Below, in pieces: positions 37,165 through 49,960 of a stretch of 64,000 nucleotides of DNA. The notes beneath the pieces were generated by a model. That model was not told where the DNA came from. It was given only the letters and a program-made list of their open reading frames with translations, and made no database searches. Each line of letters begins with the position of its first letter. Positions within the stretch are counted from its first letter, which is position 1. The stretch lies in contig NC_068985.1 of the NCBI RefSeq assembly GCF_001194135.2, positions 17,239,831 through 17,303,830 of the forward strand, written 5' to 3'. Made by a program: the position numbers and the translations under genes. Origin of the DNA: Octopus bimaculoides (Eukaryota).

Positions 37165-38009
37165 TTTCAAGAAAAGTCGCTACTAGTTACTTTCGAAGTC
37201 ATTTTTGCTGGAAAGAAACAAAATTACACAGCTCCAGTTCATTCCTTCATAATCACTTTATTAACTTTTCAAACGCCCTCCCCCTACCCTCTACTCCTCT
37301 TATACCCCCACTCCACAACACTTAAACATTTAACTAAAACTTTTATTCCCAGAACTGCAATCTTGTGAGACTTTGTCCATGTCCACTTATTACCTACAAA
37401 CATCATCAATCTATAAACATTGAAGCTGAATATCAAGCACATTGACCTCACCAATCTGGGAGGGGCTGAAAAGTTATCATAGATATTACCTCCTGGTTTC
37501 TAGACTAAGTATACAATTTTAAAAAAAAACAATTTTTTAAAATACATCTCAACATCTGTTCTTCTTCCACAGCACTAATTTAATTATTATGAAACAAAGA
37601 AAGACTGCAGAGTAATTACTTTGATTAGTTAATTTGAAATGATGCTGACAGGTTTACATTCACTTAATTTGAATATATGTGCTTTTGTAGCAACTAGTAA
37701 TGTGGTTGTTTGCTTTAAGAAGGAAATATAATAAATGTTATCTTCATATTTCTACCTGTATTATTATCATTATTATTATTATTATTATTATTAAGGCTGG
37801 GAGAATCATCAGCATGCCAGACAAAGTGCTTAGCAACACTTCGTCCATCTTTATATGAGTTCAAATTCCACCGAGGTCAACTTTACCTTTTGTCCTTTTG
37901 GGGTTGACAAAATAAACACCCGTAGAGCACTAGAATTAACATAACCAACTTAGCCCCTTCCCGGAAACCTCTAGCCTTGTGCCAAAATTTAAAACCATTG
38001 TTATTATTA

Positions 38010-38490
38010 TTGAGTGAGAGAGCAGTGCATGCCGTCAAAGTGAGACTGGGGTAAAATATGCGCAGCCCAGTGTACCCATCATGACTACCCGTCTGATAAG
38101 GGTACACCAGGCACATGCATCACAACCATATGTGCGCGACATGGTGATTTCATATCAAAATAAACAGCACATGACCTTGCAGGTGGGACCCAGTTAGAAT
38201 GTTCTTCTGGTCAAGTAGCCCATCCCGCTCAAAAGGTCCCTAAATAAGGATTGTTTAAGGATGATGAACAAAACACCCATGTTTCCAGAGATGAATTATT
38301 CAAACCCCAAAGATTTCCTCTCAACACATGGCTCTGATGCTCCTCCACTACTACTGCTTGTGATCAGAGATGCACATATTGTCAGCCACCGAGGGACATG
38401 CTCAACTGGTTACGGTCAAACAACTGGCAAGCAAATGTGTGGCATTGAGCAGAATATTTGCAGTAGCCAATCTTTTACACCAAGACAAAA
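38010..38490 (+). repeat. Dispersed repeat (probable LINE 3' UTR-derived)
   Basis: Begins (ATT)nGAGTGAGAGAGCAGTGCATGCC; the reverse-complement copy is at about 61410-61610. Confidence 0.7.
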
Positions 38491-38651
38491 CATCCAAGAT
38501 CAGAAGCCATGATAGCCAATGCCTATTATCTTTTTTTTTACCTTTCCATTATATGTAAACCCCAACACTTTATGTCTGTGTTTGTATTGTCCACCTCATC
38601 CTTTGCCCCTGTGACAAATAAAAGTCATCATTATTATTATTATTATTATTA

Positions 38652-40010
38652 CTAGCAGAGATACCTGTGGTTGCATGGGATTAAAATGGCATAGTTTGTA
38701 TATATATATTACGTTATGATGAAACGTGATACAGGAAGGTGCAGCATTGACGACAAAATATTTGTGGAGTAAATGATGGGCTAATTTGACTAAGTGACAT
38801 GTCATGTGTCCATTTGGTGAATTCCAGGCCCTAACCTGATATGGAAAATTGGGGGTGGGTGTGTGTGATTTTTTGAACGCACTGAAAAGCTGTCAGTAAG
38901 TATACTCTCCTTTGCAGCGGTCGGCATTGCATCTAACACAACCCATTGTATGGTTGACAGTCGAATGAATGTAGGTGTGATGGAGATATTGTATATAAAT
39001 GGATACATTCCAGAAAGGGACAGCAATGGAAAAGTCAACTGTTGAAATGTTGCAGAAGGTGAAGGGCTGACACTAGACTGCTGGTGTGGCTGTAGAATAA
39101 GAAATATAAACTGAGCCTACACAGTCACATGAGAATATGTAGTAATGAATTACTTGAAAAAATAAGGCGTAATGGCTTACTGTGTGGTTGGTGGGAGTAA
39201 TTGGAGAATATGCTTTGATACTAAAGTCCAAGCAGGAAACTGCTTTGTTGGTGCAGTCTTCAGGTTTGTTGGTATTATACCAAAATGGTATCCATCTTCA
39301 CCATTCACAAAGAACAGTAAATACTGGAGCACATCATAGGATGTAGTAATTCCTACCAAACCTCTTGGTAAACAATATTCTTTGTTTTCCCTTGTGGAAC
39401 AAATGCAAATAGATTTTTTTGCATCCTACTCTAGAACAGCCAACATATAATTGCCCATGTGAGAAGCACAACTCTTCCAAGTGAAGTCCTACCACAGACA
39501 ATGTTTGACCCTGGGGTTTATTGATAGACATTGCAAAGCTGATACGAATAGGAAATTCCACTCTTCTGAATGAAAAAGGAATTTCTGCTCCCAATGGAAT
39601 GAGAGGAATCCAGGATATGAAAACATCTTCTCCTTTTTCCCATCCAGAGAGAATGGTGACCTCAATAACATGTGGCATCATCTTCTTTACCCCCAGGTAT
39701 GTCCCATTTCAGAGTGTTGGTGGATCCAAATTCCTCAGTAACATTACTGGAGTTCCCACTGTGGGGAGGTAGTCCGGGAGGCTCCAATGAATTGAGAAAT
39801 TTTGTTGGATTATTTACCACCTGTTCTGGATCTGAGATTGTATCAACTGACAAATAGATGTGAGGACTCCAGAAAGGTACTGCAGCAGCTGCTCATTAAT
39901 TTTACTTTCAGTGCTGTTTTTTGGAGCCAGTATTGCTCTTTCACACAGCCAACTGAGGTTGTGATAATTTTTTGACCAATGAAGGATCTCCTCTTTGGAG
40001 ATATTATATC
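38652..40010 (-). mobile_element. Helitron remnant (PIF1-like helicase C-terminus and 3' terminus)
   Basis: NYHNLSWLCERAILAPKN; FLNSLEPPGLPPH; MPHVIEVTILSG...FPIRISFAMSINKPQGQTL..VGLHLEELCFSHGQLYVGCSRVG; GKTKNIVYQEVW*. 3' end: decayed hairpin CCCATGCAACCACAGG, then TATCTCTG-CTAG|T at 38655-38651. Confidence 0.9.
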
Positions 40011-40857
40011 AAGATATATGATGTAATAAAATAAGATGACAATTCATCATCATCATCATCATCGTTTAACGTCCGCCTTCCATGCTAGCATGGGTTGGAC
40101 GATTTGACTGAGGACTGGCGAAACCGGATGGCAACACCAGGCTCCAATCCAATTGTACATTAATAATGAAATGTCAATAAAATAAGGTAAATAATATCAA
40201 TATCTTAGCAAGTTTTAAGAAATAAAATACAATGAAGTGAGATGGCACTGTTATGTTAAAAATTAAATGTCAATAAAGAACACTAATTAATATCAATATT
40301 TTAAAAAGATGAAAAACATTCAGCAGATTAATCCCGCTGGATGTAAGGAAGACAATCAATTTCTGAAAGTTACTTCACAAAGAGTTACCTCGCTTCTCCA
40401 TATAACCCAGGGAAGGAAGTTTTGTGCTCCCAGAGGGCCCGTTACTCATTATGTGAAAAATTTTAAGAGTCTAAAACCATCTCTGGAACATAAGTAATGT
40501 ATGTTCCCAATTTAGAGAAAATCAGTTGTGAACCTCATAAGTTATGTGGGCTTACGCACACACACAGAGACAACCTGACTTTTATATATATATATATATA
40601 TATAATTATTATTATTATTATTATTATCATTATTATTATTATTTAAGACAGCGAGCTGGCAGAATTGTTAGCACATTGGAGGAAATGCTTAGCGGTATTT
40701 CATCCATCTCTATGTTCAGAGTTCAAATTCTGCCATGGTCAACTTTGCCTGTCATCCTTTCGGGGTTGATAAATTAAGTACCAGTTATGCACTGGGATCA
40801 ATGTAATTGATTATCCCCCTCTCCCAAATTTCAAGCCTAGTGCTAAAAGTAGAAAGG

Positions 40858-40892
<35 letters not shown>

Positions 40893-41114
40893 AGGCGGTG
40901 AGCTGACAGAATCATTATCCCGCTGGGTGAAATGCTTAGCGGTATTTTGCCTGCCATTACATTCTGAGTTCAAATTCCACCAAGGTAGACTTTGCCTTTT
41001 ATCCTTTCAGGGTATATAAATTAAGAACTAGTCAAGTACTGGGGTCGATGTAAACAACTATCCCCCTCCCCACAAATTCCAGGCCATGTGCCTATAGTAG
41101 AAAGGATTGTTATT

Positions 41115-41511
41115 TACATTATTTACATTTGACGGATATTTGTCCTCATCTTGTTTGTTGTTAACACAACATTTCAGCTGATATACCCTCCAGCCTTCAT
41201 CAGGTGTCTTGGGGAAATTTTGAATCTGGGTTCTCATTCCTAAGGTATTTTTCGATGTTATCATTATTATTATTATTATTATTCAGGTCACTGCCTGGAA
41301 TCGAACTCGGAATCTTGGGGTTAGTACCCAACACTCTTAACCACTACGGGCATATGGCATAGTGGTTAAGAGCACAGGCTACTAACCGCAAGATTCCAAG
41401 TTCGATTCCAGGCAGTGACCTGAATAATAATAATGATGATGATAACAACAACAACAACAACAACGAAAAATACCTTCATGTACATAATTCCTCATCTCTT
41501 AAATATAGAAC
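41115..41511. mobile_element. Head-to-head dimer of a tRNA-headed SINE (family E) with a hammerhead-like 3' region
   Basis: Minus copy at about 41348-41115 and plus copy at 41349-41511. A box TGGCATAGTGG at 41355-41365, B box AGTTCGATTCC at 41399-41409; flanking 12-bp direct repeat AGGATTGTTATT (41103-41114, 41512-41523). Confidence 0.8.
41163..41208 (-). ncRNA. Minimal type-I hammerhead ribozyme-like motif
   Basis: GACAC-CTGATGA-A-GGCTG[GAGGGTATAT]CAGCT-GAAA-TGTT-GTGTT: stem I GACAC/GTGTT, stem II of 5 bp, near-palindromic stem III. Confidence 0.6.
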
Positions 41512-44500
41512 AGGATTGTTATTATTATTAAGGTGGCAAGCTGGCAGAATCGTTAGCAAGCTAGATGAAATGCTTAACGGCATTTCACCCGTCACTATGT
41601 TCTGAGTTCAAATTTAGCTGAGGTTGACTTTGCCATTCATTTTTTCAGGGTTGATAAATTAAGTACCAGTGAAACACTAGGGTTGATATAATCAACTATT
41701 CTCCTTCCCTAAATTTTGGGCCTTGTGCCTACAGTAGAAAGGGTTAGTATTATTATTATTAATAACAACAACGGTAATAATGATAATAACAATATCATTA
41801 TATGCTTTCAGATATTATATTTTACATAATCATTGAATATATATATATATAGCGAAGAAGTTAGACAAAGAAACTGCCTGGAAACACTATGCATAAAATA
41901 ACACAATGGGACACATATTATTATATGTATCATTGATGTTATCAATTTACAGTCATTGTAAATATATTCAATAAATGCTGTCCTCAATTCTGCAGCATTA
42001 CTTTTTAATTACAATGTTTCTGAATGCAAGCAATAAAAGAAGAAAAATTTCCAAAGGATTTTAAAACAAAACATGTGGCAAGATATACTTATAGATTTAA
42101 TGACCTGTTTCACTAACTCTTGTTCTACTGAATCTGAATTTAGATGAAATATTATCTTGGCAGTTTAAGTATTCTTATCTCCTTTCAAACTTTTGATAGC
42201 ATACATTTAACAGGAGTGAAAATAAAATACTCTATGTGCTTCTCATATCTAGAAATCAATAAAAGCTTGTGGTATTCTATTCTTCATAGCAGCCATAAGG
42301 TTTTTATACAATAATGTTACTAAATTGGTTATATATTTGGAGAGGAAATAAAAGTAAACATGATAATTTCTTCCAGAAAAATTTCTTCTTCAGTGAAAAT
42401 TCCATTAAACAAAATGCAATTGCAAACATTTCAATTTATTTTACATGCGATGGACTAATACATGATTTATTTTAATTAAATTAAAAAGTTATTATTTTTA
42501 TGCAGAGATGGAGATTTATTTGAATATCATTGTGCATCACTGCCATCGTTCACTCCATCTAAACATATCTGACTATAAAAAAATTAGATGCTACTGTTTT
42601 TGTCATGTCCATTTGCTTGATTGGTTGCTTGAGTGACCAGTCATTTATCTCAGAAATTATTGAAGCTAGAAGGTTAAAAAATGTTATCAATAATTACTTA
42701 GCAAAATGTAAATTTTATTTTCCATTCTTTTTGTTTTTCCTTTCCTAAGAAATTATTTGAAAGTTAAATATGCATCCCAGCTGCAGTCAACATGTCATAT
42801 ACTGGGTAAGATGCTGATAGCCTAATAAAAAGAAACAAATATATTCATCTTCATAAATGTAATTTTTTCAGATATTAGTGACCACAATAATGAGTAATAC
42901 AAAACAGATTCACAGGATTAACATCAAGCTGATAATTTAAATAGAAAAAAAAAAAAAAAGAATACCAGCCTGATTATTCTATAATTAGTGATTTATGAGT
43001 AAATATGAATATAGTCATATTCTTATATATGTAATATTACTACATATATAGTTTGGATAAAGATTGAACAGACAAGTTTCAATGTTGTTTAGCAACGTAT
43101 GAAGCTTAACTCACCACTCTACTCCCAAGGTGTTGAGATAAGGTAGCAGAGTGTTACTTATTGAAAATGTAAACAAAATTAAGCGAGGCACATTTACATT
43201 AATGGTACACATGGGCTAATTTAACAGTGATATTAAATGCAAATGGATAGGACTCAGCATATTTAATTATTTTTCTAAATACAACCTCATCATCATTTTA
43301 CATTTGGGGGTTTTTTTTTCTATGCTGATATGGAAAGGTTGTCCAATGTGAGCCAGACTTAAGAACACTTACGTCATTACTCTGCATCAGTTCTTATTTA
43401 GAATTACTGCTCTCCAAACTAGTAATACAGCTTGCAGAGTCCACATCTTTTACATGTGCTAAATGTTTTTGACATGGTTTCTACACCTAGATGTCCTTCC
43501 TACTTACAGAATGAACTGAGTTTATTTTCTCTACTCTATATCAGTTCTTACTCAAAGTTACTGCTATCACAGACAGTTAACTCGTGATGCAACTTACAGA
43601 GTCAACATTTCAATTGTATGTTCTCTACATGTAGAGAAAAATTCCCGTTATTTTCATTTGTTAGCTATAGATGCTCTAAAATTGTGGTCTTTCTCTTGAA
43701 TGACACCGTTAGTGCTGAGAAGGGAGACTTGCATTTTGGGGCAACTACTAGGCTTCCATAAAAAAAAAAAAAGAAACCTTGCCCACCTCTGCATGCACAG
43801 TTGCATATAATATGGTAAACCTCGACAGACAGAGGACCTTGGATTTATGATAATAAATGGTTTGAACATTTTAAAATGAATCCTTTTCATGATGTAAAAG
43901 CTTTAAAATCAAGAGAACAAACTATGGACTCAACAGGGACAATTCTGAATGCATACATCTATAGTTTCTCTTGTTTTGATTTTACTGACAAGGCTTGGGT
44001 CAACACAAGGCTGTGGTAGTAGATATGTAGCCCACAGTTCTATCAAACTCAAAACCATGCAATCATGAAATTTCTTAACTTACAAGGCTATGTCTGCACC
44101 CAGTGGTGGAATTAGTAGTTTACTTAGAGATAATCCATTTCTTCACAGTCCTTCTGATAAGGATGTCTTTATGGAAACACTATCATGTTTTCCAGTGTTT
44201 ATATGGGTGCCAAATTTCAGAAGTTAGACATTTCTGTATGTATCTTTAAATCTGATTTCTAATCACTGGTAGTCCTATCCTAGTTAATATGATTCCTCAT
44301 GATGACAGAGTAATTTGTAGAATAATAAGCAAAATTCTTCTTTTACAATGGCACTTGCTTTCAACAATAATGAATAATTACAAATAAAACTTTTTTAAAT
44401 ACTTGACAATGAAAATTCTTACATCATCAGTATCATCATCAACGTCGTTTAACGTCCGCTTTCCATGCTGGCATGGGGTGGACAGTTTGACTGAGGACTA

Positions 44501-46266
44501 GCAAGCCAGAAGGCTGTACCAGGCTCCAATCTGACGTTGCAAAGTTTCTCCAGCTGGATGCCCTTCCTAACGCTAACCACTCCAAGAATGTAGTGGGTGC
44601 TTTTTACATGTCACACATGTATGCTGTTTGAAAGCTGATTATTAATTAGTTTAGAGTATGTAACTTTATCAAAAGAAAGCAATTATTAAAGTGTACACTG
44701 TCTAGAAAATGTTCGTAAATTCTGATTATAATATATTTTCATACAAATGTAATTTTGAAGATTCTTTTATTACTGAAGATTTCAACTTCACGATTCAATC
44801 ACAAAACTAATTTTTATCACTGTAACATGGTCATTTTACACTGTAAAATAGCATTTTTTTAACATCTGTTTATAATTCTTCTGGAAATGTAAAAGTTGCC
44901 CAAATATTTGCAACTCTACTTCTACAGACATATCAGTAAAAAACAGTTCTCTAAAGTATAAGTTTAATCTAGCGTCAGCCAAATTATGCTGATTCCAATA
45001 TTCTTTCATATTTGTTGGATACTGTTCAAAACAATAAACTGAAGACTTAAATTAACGTAATGCCTGATTTCTTCATAAATTCTAATGCTGTCTTTTAGTA
45101 CTTGATATTGTTCTAAATTTATTTACTGTGCAACTGAGTACTATTAGACAAATAAAGGATACAAAGGAAAATTACATGTAACACATTAGGAAAATTGCAC
45201 AAATTGGGAATCAAATGTATAAATATTATTCAGAGATTAGCAGAAAACCACCCAGAGGGTAGTCTTTCTGCTAGTATATACAATTAAAGAATTAATTTAT
45301 ATGATTGTTGATGGATTACATAATTTTCCTTGGATACATATAGCAAAATCTATGCTGATTGATTATATATGCCAGCTATCAACTAATATACAAACAATCT
45401 GAGAGAGTATGCAAGCTTCCCCTTACATCAAAGCTGATCAATATGCTGCTAAACCAGTATAACAATTCTTTAGTTATAAAATCTAATAAACAATTCTTTA
45501 GTAATAAAATCTCTGTGAAGGCACATGGCCAAGTGGTTAGGGTGTTGCACTCATGATTGCTAGATTGTGAGTTCAATTCCCAGACCAGTGGCATGTTGTG
45601 TTTTTGGGCAAAACACACAATTTCACATTGTTCTACAGGTGGGAGAGTAGCAGAACCATGTCAAGAGAAATGTTTTACGGCATATCTTCTGGCTCTCTAC
45701 ATTCTGAGATCAAACCTCACCTGCTTGAAGAAGGCAATGGGAAACCATTCCAGTATCCATCCCAAGTCTAACCATGGTAGTCAAAATTCCAGTAATCTAC
45801 TCAATGGCAGCAAAGGAGAGTACACACCCTCCCAAGTGGTATGGAGAGTGCAGGAGAAGGTTCACATGCACACAACCAAGCCAAGGGCAGACCACCACTA
45901 GACTAAAAAATTTATAGTTTTACAAAATACAAACTATTTTAGAGAAAGGGTCAGTGTATATTCTTATATAGAACTGAGGAGACAAAAACAATACATGCAA
46001 TTAATGGGGAAGAAATAATGTAGTGGAGGTTTCAATTAGAGTGCAGGCTTATTCATCTAAGTGTGACCAACCAAAAACTGAAACTTATCTGAAAGTAACA
46101 GATGACTTTTGTTATAGAATTTGTTTAGGTACAGGAATGGTTGTGTGGTTAAGAAGTTTTCTTTGTAACCATCTGGTTCCTGGTTCATTTTCGTTGTATG
46201 TTACCTTGGGCAAGTGTTTACTTCCATAGCTTCAGGTTTACTAATGCTTTGTAAACAGAATTTCAT

Positions 46267-46267
<1 letters not shown>

Positions 46268-46311
<44 letters not shown>

Positions 46312-46355
46312 AAGAGGGAGAGAGAGAGAGAGAAAGAGGGAGAGANNNNNNNNNN

Positions 46356-46407
<52 letters not shown>
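46268..46407. repeat. (AG)n-gap-(GT)n microsatellite
   Basis: Read directly; includes a 10-N gap. Confidence 0.95.
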
Positions 46408-46409
<2 letters not shown>

Positions 46410-48199
46410 CATCAATGTATTGTGGTGAAAAATGAAAACATCAATGAGATAATCAATAAACTGGTGCTTTGGAACTAGAATAACCTATAGTATTTGTTCT
46501 GCCCAAGTTGCATAGAAACTCTTGTGTCATTTTCTCTATCATAAATACAGCGAATGAGAGGATGGCCCATTAGAAATCTGTAACTTGTGATACTTGTTCA
46601 CTAATTGAGACATAAAATATATAAATAAGTGGAACAAGGCAGAGCACAGTACCTAGAGTTCAAATATATTAAAATAATACCCGGCTGTCAAAATGCAGAT
46701 CAAAATATATATTCGAGATAAGACTGTGAAGTGTAAAACAAATAGATAAGAAAATCTTGCAGAAATTCCATGAGTCACTAGCATAAAAATTAAGGCCTCT
46801 TGAGAAAGTAACCCAGAACCAATATACTTAGAATATAAGATGGCAAGCTGGCAGAATTGTTAGCACACTGGGAAGAATGCTTAGAGGTATTTCTTCCTTC
46901 TTTGCATTCCAAGTTCAAATGCCACCAAGGTCAAATTTACCTTTCATTCTTTTGGGGGTCGGTAAAATAAGTACCAGTGGAAAATGGGGTCAATGTAGTC
47001 GACTTAACTCTTTTCCCAAAATTGCTGGCCATGTGCCAAAATTTGAAACCAATATACTGAGAATGTCGTATTGAAACCTCATCATGTTGCTACCAGGACA
47101 GAAGAGTAAATATCAAATCAATGATGATGAGATTTAAACAATGTAATAAACTTGCTGATATCTTGTCATCATTTAAGCTTCTTCTTTTTCAACACTGGCA
47201 TATTTAGACTTTGGATCATACTTGAGCTTGATCAAGACTGAATATTTTCCAACCCTGAAGAGGAAGTACAACCTTTTGTAATCTTTCTCAATCATCTTAA
47301 GTAAAATCCAATATTTTCATACTTATTTTTACTATTTCTTGATTTTCCTTTCATCATAGCTATCTCCCATTATCAGCCACATCACACATCCATAGTACAG
47401 CTGCTTTGTCTGTATACATTGACTCATACCTTTGATATGCAGCTCAATTTATCTCAACTTTCAGACAAAGTGACACAGCTGATCAATATAAAATTCTTTC
47501 CCCAACAACCTAAACTGTTAATACTTAGATTTCACTACTCTTTAACTGTTCGGGTCTTAAAGACACTTCAGTCTTGTTCACTTGTGACCTGAATTATAGT
47601 GTGACCCAAATTATATTACTGTTCATATACTTGAGATGGTACTTTTGATACACATTTAAACAAAGACCAACTTACTGATTGACAAAAACTCAATCACTAG
47701 CACAACACAGATGTGCTCTTATTTTTTTCCTTTCTCCTTCTTTTCTTCAATAGCTTCTGCTTTTCTCTGAATTACCAAGCTTTATACAACTCCTTTATAT
47801 TACCCACCTCTCAAACCAAAACAATGAAACTACCTCTTTTCCTCTCATCATCCTTATTGTATATCACACATCCAAACCCTACATTAAACAGTTTGCTCAA
47901 TACAGCTCTCTAGGACTTTCTGTCCCTACAGGCATTAACCCCTACAGAAATTAATACTGAATATCAACTCCACTGACTTCACCAACAGTCTAGACAATAA
48001 AAAGAGGTTTGAAGGAGAATTGGCTGCCCTTTCTAGTTAGTTGAGTCCCTATGGAGTGGCTCAGAAACTCTTTGTTGCTAATAGAAGTAATAAATCACAG
48101 AGCTTTTAACTATCCATATTCTAATACTAATACTCTGAGTAAAATTAATTCCTGTAGTAATTGTCTAGGTAGTTGTAGTAGTAGTAGTATTTCGCTACC

Positions 48200-49183
48200 T
48201 GTTATGGTTCTTAGTCATCTCTTTGTGAGAGGTTAAACCTCTTGAGATCAGCCTTCACCACTTTGCCCCATGTCTCCTTAGTCAATCACTTCCACAGGTC
48301 CGATGTGCTTGCAGCACTCAGTATTTCTTTCTATAACTGACACCATTCACACCCATAGCATAGTCTTCTACCTTGCACACTATATACAATTCCTCTAAAA
48401 TTCTTCTAATAAGCAGTTTCTCTCTTAGCTCAAATGAACTGCATTGTATGTACACACTATATCATTACATATTTAGTAGAGAGTGCTCACCTCATTTCTT
48501 TCCAACCTTCACAAATTTTCAGCACTCAAGACTGCCATCTTGCTACCATGCTACAACATACTTCATACACAAGCATCATTAAATCTACCCTTCACGTGGA
48601 AAAAGAAACCTGTTGCTGCCAGCAGAGATAATGACTCCCTGAATTTCTTGCATCTCACACTTATTCTAACAACTATGCTTTTGGAACACCCCACTCCACT
48701 GTTAATTAGGCCATCTTGGTAGCAAAAATTGTAAAGTAATTCTAGGAAGCTTTCATAGCATTTGAAGGAATTTATTTCATATCTACTCTTACTGTTAGCA
48801 ACAGGTATACCTGCAGCACCTACCTGCCAACTTACCTATGAGCCAACTACATCTCTTGTATGTACATAGTTTACAATAGACATACCTACCATTGGAATTG
48901 CTACCAAGTCCTTTCCTACATCTTAAGCAGGGCTGGATTAAGAGCCATACAGGCCCTATACACTTAAAAGATTTTGGTACCCTCATATATGAGTAACTCA
49001 AAATATAAACAATAATAAATCATAAAATAAGGGTTTATTTTTTAAAGTAGCTTGCTTACCAACCACATGGTTCTAGGTTCAGTCCCATTACATGGCACCT
49101 TGGGCAAGTGTCTTCTACTATAGCCTGGGGCTGACCAAAGCCTTGTAAATGGATTTGGTAGACTGAAACTGAAAGAAGCCTGT

Positions 49184-49218
<35 letters not shown>

Positions 49219-49960
49219 GTATATGTCTGTGTTTGTTCCCCCACCATAGCTTGACAACTGATGTTGGTGTGTTTACGTACCCATGACTTATTATTATTTT
49301 AGCAAGTTTAAGGTGATTTCTTTTGTGCCGCAAACCATCTACCATTTCTTCCCTTAAGCATGTGCTTATTCTGTTTGATAGTTAATCCAGTGCTGATTTC
49401 AAGTATGGCTACTTTCACAATGTCAGAGGCCCAGTATTACTTTCTTGCTAACCTTAGTCATCGCAAGGTTTACTTTGAATAAAGTAAATCAAAGTTTTGC
49501 TTTCAAGTCTGGAATTTCTTCTTTAAACCTTTGACTGGTTCAACTATGAGAACTATGTCATTAGCATACTATGGCCTGGGAGACTAGAGAAACAGAAGGA
49601 GACTGATACCAGAGCTCTGAGTTACACCAATCTGCAACTCTACATTCCTTGCTGTACTTGTTAACATTCACTTATCTGACAGCAACTCTATCAATGCTTT
49701 GCACACCTCTCACAAGTCATTCATTTAGTCCTAGTTTTCTTAATAACTACCAAACTACAGAGTGTGGAACCCTGTCAAAGCCTTCTCCAGGATGGCAAAA
49801 GCTAAGTGGAGTGACTTAATCAGAATAAGTAATTTTTTGTAAGTAGTTTCACTGAGAACAGAGAATTAGCCTTGATGAGTTGCAGTACAGAGTTATTCAT
49901 ACTGTCCTGGCATAAATCTGAACTGCATCTCATCTAGGCTAATTCTCCTCCAAATCATTT
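48200..49960 (-). mobile_element. RTE-clade LINE ORF remnant, interrupted by SINE-B
   Basis: LHLAF..LEKA(F)DRVP at about 49770-49820; VKGRFNDACV*SML*HGS...RLERNE; RGI..SVQGRRL; KETWGKVVKADLK. Confidence 0.85.

Larger units (their letters stand above)
40648..41760 (+). mobile_element. Cluster of three tandem SINE-D copies (40648-40860, 40893-41110, 41532-41745)
   Basis: Each starts AAGG(C/T)GG(C/T)GAGCTG-like after an (ATT)n run. Other D copies at 14545-14745(-), 16495-16707(-), 20340-20572(-), 37795-38000, 46840-47045, 59285-59490(-), 60245-60530(-) and 62085-62200(-). Confidence 0.85.

Noticed and set aside
41315-41330. Perfect branch-point word TACTAAC / CUA anticodon in the SINE-E head
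   Set aside because: It is part of a multicopy tRNA-like loop lacking U33, with no nearby acceptor; no evidence for suppressor-tRNA or splicing function.
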